A DNA stretch of 64,000 nucleotides, from the IMG/VR virus record IMGVR_UViG_3300029267_002792; one strand, 5' to 3'. Of the stretch, positions 56,711 to 64,000 are shown piece by piece (positions within the stretch are counted from its first letter, which is position 1; each line of letters starts with the position of its first letter). Under the pieces are notes generated by a model. That model saw nothing but the letters and a program-made list of their open reading frames with translations. It did no database searches and was not told the DNA's origin. Made by a program: the position numbers and the translations under genes. The DNA comes from a virus.

Positions 56711-57196
56711 CTAAAACAGGTCCGTTCCCGGCCCTCGTCGCTTTTGCAGCTCCTCAGCACGCGCCTTCCCCAGCTCAATCTGATCGAGGAGCCGCTCTGC
56801 TGCTGTCTTCACCGCGAACTTCCAGGCTGCCTCGTGTTCCTCGCGGTAGTGCGGAACGTCCACACCGACCTGGACAGATAGCGACCAAAAATTCCCCAGG
56901 TTGACTGTGTGATTCACACGGAGACTCGTTCGGGCCGGCTCGACATGGAAATCTTGAACTTGGATCTCCTCAACCTCCTCATCCGGAGACGTGACCAGGT
57001 CCCCGTCTTCTTTGTACATGCGACGGACTGTCAGGACCAGAGGTTCGGCGAGAACAGCGCCCCCCTCATCGGTCAACAGCCCCTCCATCGCCTCGCGATC
57101 CTGCTCGACCTGCCTCTCCACCGTAGGGTGGTTCTCCTCGACCGGCCTTGTTTTCATACCCCTAACCTCGCGTCCATAATTCCAAGCCTCGTCCAT
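56711..57196 (-). CDS. Hypothetical protein (161 aa)
   Basis: Contains TVNLGNFWSLSVQVGVD; overlaps the end of the upstream gene. Confidence 0.6.
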   Translation of the reverse strand: MDEAWNYGREVRGMKTRPVEENHPTVERQVEQDREAMEGLLTDEGGAVLAEPLVLTVRRMYKEDGDLVTSPDEEVEEIQVQDFHVEPARTSLRVNHTVNLGNFWSLSVQVGVDVPHYREEHEAAWKFAVKTAAERLLDQIELGKARAEELQKRRGPGTDLF

Positions 57197-57951
57197 CCGT
57201 CCACAATCTCATCATGGAAGTCATCCCACTCTGATCGCCCCCGAATCGTTCCCCCGCGTTTATCAAACGCGGCCTGAACGACCTCGATCATGTCCAACGT
57301 GTAGAGCCGGTACTCCAGCGCCGACAACACGAAAGGTGTTCTGGGCAGCACCCCTCGTTTCTCCATCTGTGTGATCGCAACCACCGTCCGTCCAACTGCC
57401 TTGGCAAGCGTACCTACCTTGTACAACCGCAACCGCACCGGCTCATCAACCCCCTGGAAACACACCTCCCGCTCCACATATGGAGGGCGTGCCTTCGCCC
57501 GCAGCACCCCCACATTGAGTTTTCCAGCCTTCCTCAGAGCACGCTGCACAGACTCGACCATCTCCAAGGTGTAAAGGCGATCCCCCTTTTTCGAGCGATA
57601 CGGAGTCTCGGGAAGCGTCCCGTTTTTTTCCCACACGCGAATCGTGGATATGCCCTTACCTGTAGCCTTGGCCAGAGCCCCAATGGTGAACATGCGCACC
57701 TTGACCCCGTCGACCTCGATTTCCACTGTCTTCCACGATCCAGACGCCTTCATCTTCACAGCCCCACGTGCCTCACGCTCTTCCTCATCAGCCTTCGCCC
57801 GCCGCCGCTCGCGAGCCAACTGATTCCACTTCTGAACCTTGGCCCGGTATTCCGGATCGTTCGCATAACGCTCTCGGCGGCGCTCATTCAAGTCGCCCCG
57901 GTTGCTCTCGTACCACTCCTGAAAATAACCTTGAGTTTTCCCAGCCTGCAT
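57154..57951 (-). CDS. Tandem MerR-like HTH protein (265 aa)
   Basis: FTIGALAKATGKGISTIRVWEKNG...RLYT and YKVGTLAKAVGRTVVAITQMEKRG...RLYT. Confidence 0.8.
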   Translation of the reverse strand: MQAGKTQGYFQEWYESNRGDLNERRRERYANDPEYRAKVQKWNQLARERRRAKADEEEREARGAVKMKASGSWKTVEIEVDGVKVRMFTIGALAKATGKGISTIRVWEKNGTLPETPYRSKKGDRLYTLEMVESVQRALRKAGKLNVGVLRAKARPPYVEREVCFQGVDEPVRLRLYKVGTLAKAVGRTVVAITQMEKRGVLPRTPFVLSALEYRLYTLDMIEVVQAAFDKRGGTIRGRSEWDDFHDEIVDGWTRLGIMDARLGV

Positions 57952-57957
57952 CCTTCA

Positions 57958-57985
57958 CGTCTACCAAATAAGGCTCGATTGTCAA
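57958..57985 (-). promoter_or_regulatory. Sigma70-like promoter TTGACA-16-TAGACG
   Basis: Perfect -35, weak -10; ATG 6 nt downstream. Confidence 0.4.
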
Positions 57986-59319
57986 GTCACCTTCCGGTAG
58001 AACCGGTCTCGCTTCCTCCCCATCGCCTCGAACATGGGAACCGCGTCGTCCCGGAAATCCACAACAATTGGGTCCTTCTTCCCTCCACATGGACGCAGGA
58101 TGCGCCCCACGGCCTGCTCCACATCACTCATAGGTGTAGTCAGAAACAGCGTATCCAAAGCCGGTATGTCTAGCCCCTCGGCAGCATACTGCACCGTGGC
58201 GAAGATCACCTTTGCCTGCGCCGACCTCTCTAGCTGAGCCTTCGTGCGACCTCCCACGTACTGACCCACCGAGACCTCCCCAGCTACCGATGGCCACAGC
58301 TTCCGAATCTCCGACTCAAGACGCTGAAGATGGTTCAAGCGCTCGCTTAGCACCAGGACCTTCCTACCAGCCACCAGGGCGGAAATGAGCTGATCGACGA
58401 TCAGATCGTTTCGATACCGACTCGCGCACAGAAACCGCAGTAGCAACGAACGGGGAGCAAGATGCGGATTGAATCTGTCTGTCTTCACGAGTTTGAACTT
58501 GGACCAGACCCGCTTCACGATGGGCTTCAGACGCTCCTCTTTCCCAGCGAAAACGATCGGACCGATGTGCTGCCAGAAGACATCGTCCGCGCCGTCCTTG
58601 CGCCGGGGCGTGGCCGTAAACCCAAGGCGGTACTTCGCACGGAAACGAGGCGGTACGGGAGCCCACGTGCGTGCGCCTATTCGATGGCACTCGTCCACGA
58701 TAATGAGCCCAGGCCACCCCCAGAGTTCCTCAGGGTAGCGCTGCTCCCCACCGAGGGAGTGCACCATGCCCATAACAACCGTCTTGCCGGAAAAGTCGCA
58801 ATCGTCCTGCTGGACCCTACCGATCTTCGCAGCTGGAAGAAACTTCCCGATCCGATCGGTCCACTGATCCATCAAGAACTCTTTGTGGACCACCACGAGG
58901 GTGGGAACACCTAGCTTCGCCGCTATCGCCAGAGCGCAGACAGTTTTCCCCCAACCCGGCTTCGCCTGGACAATGCCCCCCAATCGCCCGGCCAAGAACA
59001 TGCTGACGACCTCGTCTCTGGCCACCTTCTGCTCAGGGCGGAGAGTCCCGACAAACTCCGCCGGCCACCAGTCTGACGAACCTTTAGTAACTTGCAGGTC
59101 AACTCGGTGAACCGGTCGCCTATTCGAGAAGAAGAACTCGCGTGGCACCCCAAAAACGCCGTCTCCGTGCTCGTAAAGCGGAATGGGCTTCGGGTCCTCG
59201 CCAGGGTAGTCGCCGACCTTCTGGGGGTAGACCGTGAGCATACTTTCCATGTTCACGATCTGGTGCGGAGTCAGCTCCGACTTCGGCAACCACGCCCACC
59301 CATCCACGCGCACATCCAC
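57982..59319 (-). CDS. SF2 helicase, UvsW/XPB-like (445 aa)
   Basis: LRPEQ, AKPGWGKT, IVDECH, GFTATP.R.DG, EGLDIP.LD, QAVGRILR. Confidence 0.92.
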   Translation of the reverse strand: MDVRVDGWAWLPKSELTPHQIVNMESMLTVYPQKVGDYPGEDPKPIPLYEHGDGVFGVPREFFFSNRRPVHRVDLQVTKGSSDWWPAEFVGTLRPEQKVARDEVVSMFLAGRLGGIVQAKPGWGKTVCALAIAAKLGVPTLVVVHKEFLMDQWTDRIGKFLPAAKIGRVQQDDCDFSGKTVVMGMVHSLGGEQRYPEELWGWPGLIIVDECHRIGARTWAPVPPRFRAKYRLGFTATPRRKDGADDVFWQHIGPIVFAGKEERLKPIVKRVWSKFKLVKTDRFNPHLAPRSLLLRFLCASRYRNDLIVDQLISALVAGRKVLVLSERLNHLQRLESEIRKLWPSVAGEVSVGQYVGGRTKAQLERSAQAKVIFATVQYAAEGLDIPALDTLFLTTPMSDVEQAVGRILRPCGGKKDPIVVDFRDDAVPMFEAMGRKRDRFYRKVT

Positions 59320-59320
59320 A

Positions 59321-59560
59321 TCAGCCTCCTGAAATGAACCGTCCCCGTGCCTGTTTCAGCTCCTGAGTACGTTGGTATCGCACTTCACCGACAACTGACT
59401 CGTACCAGTTCTCCGGGGGTGCCCTCATCGTTCCTTGGGCTTGCCATGTGAGATCAATCAGGCGCCGCCGATTGGACACCAGGTCGTGCACAGCAACTTC
59501 CATCCGACACTTCCCGAAGTGGAACCTGACAAACAAGAGCTGTAGTGGCTTACGACCCAT
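59321..59560 (-). CDS. Hypothetical protein (79 aa)
   Basis: GGGG ribosome-binding site; ends 1 nt before the helicase start. Confidence 0.55.
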   Translation of the reverse strand: MGRKPLQLLFVRFHFGKCRMEVAVHDLVSNRRRLIDLTWQAQGTMRAPPENWYESVVGEVRYQRTQELKQARGRFISGG

Positions 59561-59568
59561 GACACCCC

Positions 59569-59585
59569 TGCGTACAATGGACGTA
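59569..59585. promoter_or_regulatory. Operator-like palindrome, copy 3 (sense TACGTCCATTGTACGCA)
   Basis: Directly before the ribosome-binding site of 59560; matches 29617-29633 and 18735-18748. Confidence 0.6.
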
Positions 59586-59693
59586 CTACCACGGCTTCGC
59601 CCGGCCGCGGCTGAGGTCGCCCCTCAATTCTACGCTAGCCTGCTGCTCACGCGCGCTCCCAGCAAGCCCTCGACCTCTGCCCAAACTCTAAGA

Positions 59694-60485
59694 TCAGAAG
59701 GGGACGTCCTCCTCACGCGCAGCGCCCTTGCCCGACGACCTCGGGGCCTTCGAGCCCTTGTCGTCGTCATCCTCCTGCACGCCGCTGAGGAGCAACCGGA
59801 GTTCCTTCGGAGGCTTCGGCTTCAAAGTCTCGAAGTAGTTGAATGGGGGTATGACCCTCGGCAGCGTTCCGTCCTCATTCGGCTTGATCTGGAACGCGCG
59901 CTGCAAGCGAGCCATGGCCTCCGGGTCGTTCTCAGCCGCCTCCCAGAGTTCGCTCAGCTTGGACCCGCGATAGCACACGAAATCGAACATTTTGTCCATG
60001 TTCGCATCACGCACGAAGTCCCAATCGTCGCCAATGTTGGCCGCGTTGTCGTCCTCACGGGTGAGGCGCCACATGGTTCCAACCAGAGAACCACGATCGT
60101 CCTTCTTCCGACGGAACTTCTTCAAGGACCGCAGCTTCATCGGCACCAGCCGCATTTCGTACTGGTGCATGTTCCCGCGCTGATCCTTCCACTCCGAGCA
60201 GTCGACCGCAGTCACGTACCCAACGTAGTAGCGACTCTTAGGCCCGAGCCGTTGGCAGCACACGACCTCATCGTAAACTCCCTGAAGACACGTCATCCAG
60301 TTGCGGTAGGTGCCGTTCATCTTCGGGTTGTGCTCGTGGATACAAACAGGCTCGTCATCAACCCAGACCACGTCCTTGGAACCTCCCCCAGGCATCCACA
60401 ACCGGTGCGGACCCTGAGCCTCATCGAGGCGGCGTTCCTCCTCGTTGATCCCATCAAACCCTTGTTCGTACCATCCTCCACTCAT
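59694..60485 (-). CDS. Phage ssDNA-binding protein, gp32-like, with acidic EEDVPF tail (263 aa)
   Basis: Zn-type HEH...C...CC core, aromatic OB-like strands, acidic C-terminus. Confidence 0.7.
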   Translation of the reverse strand: MSGGWYEQGFDGINEEERRLDEAQGPHRLWMPGGGSKDVVWVDDEPVCIHEHNPKMNGTYRNWMTCLQGVYDEVVCCQRLGPKSRYYVGYVTAVDCSEWKDQRGNMHQYEMRLVPMKLRSLKKFRRKKDDRGSLVGTMWRLTREDDNAANIGDDWDFVRDANMDKMFDFVCYRGSKLSELWEAAENDPEAMARLQRAFQIKPNEDGTLPRVIPPFNYFETLKPKPPKELRLLLSGVQEDDDDKGSKAPRSSGKGAAREEDVPF

Positions 60486-60538
60486 CTTGCTCTCCTCTCG
60501 ATCACGCGATCGTTTACTTGGCCACCCGGCCTATACCA

Positions 60539-61156
60539 TCAAAAGGGATGACTCTCAGGCACTCCGTCACCCTTCGCCCCTTTGACTACGACTTCACCCG
60601 TATTGGGATCGTACTTATCCCCGGTCTTGGGGTCCTCGACGAGACCCGAAGTGTCAACCTGGGAGCTGGCTTCCGCTCCGTTCCCGCCCCCGGAGTTTTC
60701 ATCCGCCTCGGCGTCCGCCATGTTAGCGTCCGCCAGCCTTCCAGCCTCCTCGAAGTCTCGATCTGCGGTGTCCTTCGCCGTGGACGGCTCGCCACCAGGC
60801 GTGGACTTCTCCGCCGGAGCCGCCTCGGTGTACTCCTCGGTGGGAGCAGGGGCCTCTTCCTTCTTCTTCGAGGTACGCTTCTTGGCTACACGCCGGGACT
60901 TCTTCGCCCCCTTCCCCTCCCCGCGCAGCTTCATGAGCAGGTTAGCCACCACCTCTTGACACTTCGGGCAGATGTCCTCGAACGAGAACAGGACGGTGAA
61001 CTTCGGCCCCTCATCCTTGCTTGTTCCGGACGTCTCCGTCACGACAAGGCCCTTCTGCTTGAAGGCCGGCACCTCGTCGCCCGATTTCAGGTACTTCTCT
61101 TGGAACGGTTTCAGGCAGCGGTCGCACTGCTGGATAGAATTAGTCCGAATCGTCAT
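60539..61156 (-). CDS. Hypothetical protein, CxxC...CxxC plus disordered acidic tail (205 aa)
   Basis: CDRC, CPKC; GGAGGTG ribosome-binding site. Confidence 0.65.
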   Translation of the reverse strand: MTIRTNSIQQCDRCLKPFQEKYLKSGDEVPAFKQKGLVVTETSGTSKDEGPKFTVLFSFEDICPKCQEVVANLLMKLRGEGKGAKKSRRVAKKRTSKKKEEAPAPTEEYTEAAPAEKSTPGGEPSTAKDTADRDFEEAGRLADANMADAEADENSGGGNGAEASSQVDTSGLVEDPKTGDKYDPNTGEVVVKGAKGDGVPESHPF

Positions 61157-61204
61157 CTCTCACCTCCCGGCCCACGGCCGTCAAATGCCCTCAAGGCACC
61201 CAGA

Positions 61205-61233
61205 AAACTACCCGGTACCTCAGGAATTGTCAA
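61205..61233 (-). promoter_or_regulatory. Sigma70-like promoter TTGACA-17-TAGTTT
   Basis: Perfect -35 and canonical spacing, upstream of 61156. Confidence 0.7.
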
Positions 61234-62372
61234 GCAGTATTTAGGGGTCCCAAACGCTTCCGGAGATCAGCCGGTGTTAGGGTGTCGGCATCCCTCTTGT
61301 TCGGCATGTCAACAACGTTGATTCGCTCGATACGACGCACCTTACCCTGACCATCATCGAAAGATAGGTCTTGAAGCGTTCTGCGGTCGCGTTCCGCGGC
61401 GTCTCGCCCAGCCTTGTCCCCATCCGGAACGATGACCAGGTGATCAAACCATTGCACCAGCTTCTTTGCCTGGTGATTACTAAGATGCGTACCCATCCGG
61501 GCCAAAGTGTTTGCGTACCCGCACTGCCACGAATAGATGGCTTGGAAGAATCCCTCGAACAGGTAGCCAGTTCGGTTGTGTGTATCCCGCAGGTGCTCAC
61601 CGTACAACACCCGATCGCGCTTGAACCGGCTGTGCAAGTACTTTGGAGGCTGCCGCTTCCCGCACTCTAGGCAGTCTTTCCCGTTCTGTGGAAGGGACAC
61701 CCGACAATAAGCGCATACGCTGTCATCGAAGACCCGACCGCTGATCGCCACGAGTTTTCCATCCTCGTCCCTGATCGGGATGCACACCCGTTGATCCCTC
61801 TGATGCCACCCAAGTTCCCACGTCACCACCGCCTGCTTTGTGAGCCCCCGACCAGGCGTCCCGTGAATAGGGTCATCCGGCCGAGTTAGATACCTGAGCA
61901 CGTGAACCGGCATGTCCGCGACCATCTTAGCCAGGACTGATTCCGGCACTTCTGCCTGAGGCTCGTCATCGGGATGAACAAATGTACTCACCCGGTGCGG
62001 ATTGGGAACGTACTTGACCCTGCAACGGGTCGCCCCCTTTGCAAGGGGAATCGGACGAGGGGTGTCATCGATCTTCTCATAGGCCAGCTGATTGTGCCGG
62101 CTCAAGAAAGCAAGAAGGTCTGGTCTCGACCCCCGACGGTCTGCCTCCAGACGCCACACGAGCGGAACGAGAGGCCCATAAATCCCACACGCCAGGCACC
62201 GACAGTTGCTTTCGTCTCCCGGATCAATCGAGATGGCGAATGACGGCTGCCCGTCCTTGCCGCCACTGTGGCGATGGTCCATCGGGCACGTCGATCGCAC
62301 CCACTTAGACCCGACCGAAATCTTATGGCACCCCATCGCCTTCAGAAATTTACGAATCGCACCAACATCCAT
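61230..62372 (-). CDS. dnaG: DNA primase (Zn-binding domain + RNAP domain + TOPRIM) with extra double zinc ribbon (380 aa)
   Basis: CPM.H...SF...C..CG; IPIRD.DG.LVAISGR; PKYLHS; LFEGFF; PDGDKAGRDAA; DAD. Confidence 0.9.
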   Translation of the reverse strand: MDVGAIRKFLKAMGCHKISVGSKWVRSTCPMDHRHSGGKDGQPSFAISIDPGDESNCRCLACGIYGPLVPLVWRLEADRRGSRPDLLAFLSRHNQLAYEKIDDTPRPIPLAKGATRCRVKYVPNPHRVSTFVHPDDEPQAEVPESVLAKMVADMPVHVLRYLTRPDDPIHGTPGRGLTKQAVVTWELGWHQRDQRVCIPIRDEDGKLVAISGRVFDDSVCAYCRVSLPQNGKDCLECGKRQPPKYLHSRFKRDRVLYGEHLRDTHNRTGYLFEGFFQAIYSWQCGYANTLARMGTHLSNHQAKKLVQWFDHLVIVPDGDKAGRDAAERDRRTLQDLSFDDGQGKVRRIERINVVDMPNKRDADTLTPADLRKRLGPLNTA

Positions 62373-62375
62373 GCC

Positions 62376-62837
62376 TCACCGTCGCTTTGCCCGCTTTGCC
62401 CTGCTCACACGCTTCGGGCGTCTAGTCGCGGAAGATCGCGCCACCTTCGCCTGACGACGCCGTGCCTGTTGCCGGCGCCCTTCACGCGCGTCCAGCATCA
62501 CAGCCTCCGCCTCTTGTGACGTGCTTCCCGCACCCTCGTCCTCTTCGGCTTCCTCCTGGATCAACTTATACAGGGCGTTCCACTCCTGAGTCTTGAGAAT
62601 CGCCCCCTTCTCACGGCGATGCCGCGACTCCGCTTTCTGCCCCTTCGCCTTGAGTTTGATCTTCTCGGGAGCCACCTTCCCAGAGTCCTTCCACAAAAAC
62701 CCGTACTCGATCAGCCGCCGAACCGCGATGTCCAGAGCCTGCTGAACTCGCTGCACCTGCGTTCCGGAGCAGTACCCGGACTTGTAGATCGCTAGAGCAC
62801 AGTGCTTCACCAAAACCGGCATTTGCTTCGCAGGCAT
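62376..62837 (-). CDS. Hypothetical basic protein (153 aa)
   Basis: TGATG overlap with the helicase stop; Arg/Lys-rich tail. Confidence 0.6.
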   Translation of the reverse strand: MPAKQMPVLVKHCALAIYKSGYCSGTQVQRVQQALDIAVRRLIEYGFLWKDSGKVAPEKIKLKAKGQKAESRHRREKGAILKTQEWNALYKLIQEEAEEDEGAGSTSQEAEAVMLDAREGRRQQARRRQAKVARSSATRRPKRVSRAKRAKRR

Positions 62838-64000
62838 CAGAAAGGCACGTCTTTCGTGTCGTCACTGCCGCCAAACAGCAGGCCCGCACCATAGGGGTCC
62901 GGGTCAGGTCCCGAACCCGGAGCCGCTCCCGAGCCCGCACCCCCGCCCGACGATCCAACCGCACCTCCTGCACCAGAAGCCCCTAACGCCGCCATAGCCC
63001 CCTTCGGCAACTCATCGAAGTTCATGGTGTCGAAGTCCCAATGGGTCTCAACCTCTTCACCCAACCCTTCCCGGAACTTCAAAGGGAGCTGGACCATCCG
63101 CTTGTCGCGTACCATGTCATCAGTCCGCATCAAACCAAATATGAGGTCCGCATTCCAGCCAGCAGCATCCGACAGAGCGATCTTCTCAGGACCCGCCGAA
63201 GAAAGCTTGCTCCCCTTCACCTCGCGGTTGAACTGGGTGGAGGCGACCAGAGGTATATGGTTCCGCTTGGCCATCCGCTTCAGCTCATCGAACGAATTGG
63301 CCGCGCGCTCGGTCCTCCCATCACCAGGCACCTTGAGTAGGTACGCACCGTCGAGGAAAACGATGTCCGGCTCGGATTCCTCGATAGCCGCCTCCAGCGA
63401 CTCAACGCGAAAATCGAAGTCGCCTCCGATGATGTACAGACCCTCCGCCGATACCACCTCATCAATCCACTCCATCATCTTCTGCTTGACGAAGCTACCA
63501 AGCCGCGCACGCCGAAGCTCGTTGTAGGGGTACTTCTTGTGCACCGACACCCAGCGCTGGAGGATTTTCTGCCGGCCCATCTCAGTCGTGACGAACAGCA
63601 CCCGCCGCTTCTGAACCGCCCAGGCATGATCAGCGAGGATGATAAGAGTCCAGCTCTTCCCCACCCCGAGTCGCGCAACGTACAGCACAAAGTCTTCCGG
63701 CCAGAACCCGAGCGTAGCCTCATTCACCGTCGGCCACGGCGTAAGAATTCCCGTCTCACCTGCCTCCAGACGTTCGTAGTACGCCAAAAATTCCGGCAGT
63801 AGCGAAGGCAGGCTGACCGTCTTGGAAACTCCTATCCCGAGGCGCCTCAGCTCCCGAACGCTATCCTCGAACTGAGCGTAAGCAGCATGAGGCTGACTGG
63901 CGTTGTAGAGTGCATCGATTCGTCCGAGCTGAGTCCCGACAGCATTGTGCAACCGATCGTTCAGGACCTCGTCGATCCACACCTCAGCAGGAACATTAGC
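62837..64000 (-). CDS. dnaB: DnaB-like replicative helicase (5'-truncated by the window edge)
   Basis: ARLGVGKS, FVTTEM, VFLDGAYL, TQFNRE, ALSDA.G.NAD...GL; the frame is open to position 64000. Confidence 0.9.
   Translation of the reverse strand, partial: ANVPAEVWIDEVLNDRLHNAVGTQLGRIDALYNASQPHAAYAQFEDSVRELRRLGIGVSKTVSLPSLLPEFLAYYERLEAGETGILTPWPTVNEATLGFWPEDFVLYVARLGVGKSWTLIILADHAWAVQKRRVLFVTTEMGRQKILQRWVSVHKKYPYNELRRARLGSFVKQKMMEWIDEVVSAEGLYIIGGDFDFRVESLEAAIEESEPDIVFLDGAYLLKVPGDGRTERAANSFDELKRMAKRNHIPLVASTQFNREVKGSKLSSAGPEKIALSDAAGWNADLIFGLMRTDDMVRDKRMVQLPLKFREGLGEEVETHWDFDTMNFDELPKGAMAALGASGAGGAVGSSGGGAGSGAAPGSGPDPDPYGAGLLFGGSDDTKDVPF

Overview
The window is one continuous stretch of a large, GC-rich (about 60% by eye, not computed) myovirus-type phage genome. 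Essentially every real gene is on the minus strand, and the plus-strand ORFs in the track are shadows. In transcription order (right to left) it holds: (i) a replication/recombination block (DnaB helicase running off the window end, primase, gp32-like SSB, SF2 helicase, RecA, Hjc-like and RuvC resolvases, Cas4-like nuclease, short OB-fold SSB, ParB-like protein, a 1764-aa multidomain kinase/ART-like protein, family-A DNA polymerase, ThyA); (ii) packaging and head genes of T4-like type (TerS candidate, TerL, intein-containing portal, acidic core protein, protease-scaffold fusion, gp23-like capsid, neck); (iii) a contractile tail (sheath, two tube-like genes, tail assembly chaperone with a -1 frameshift, tape measure, hub, spike, gp25, wedge, fibres), ending in a permuted NlpC/P60 protein and an LpxH-like phosphoesterase. 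The most striking unannotated signal is an ~90-nt four-hairpin 5' leader, with compensatory base changes and a covarying pseudoknot, found directly in front of the major capsid, tail sheath and tail tube genes. Other highlights are a canonical -1 frameshift cassette that would add a basic 79-aa tail to the acidic prohead core protein, and a palindromic operator-like motif at three sites, one overlapping the start of a dead-HNH/tandem-RHH gene. All protein assignments come from motif recognition by eye; no database search was run.
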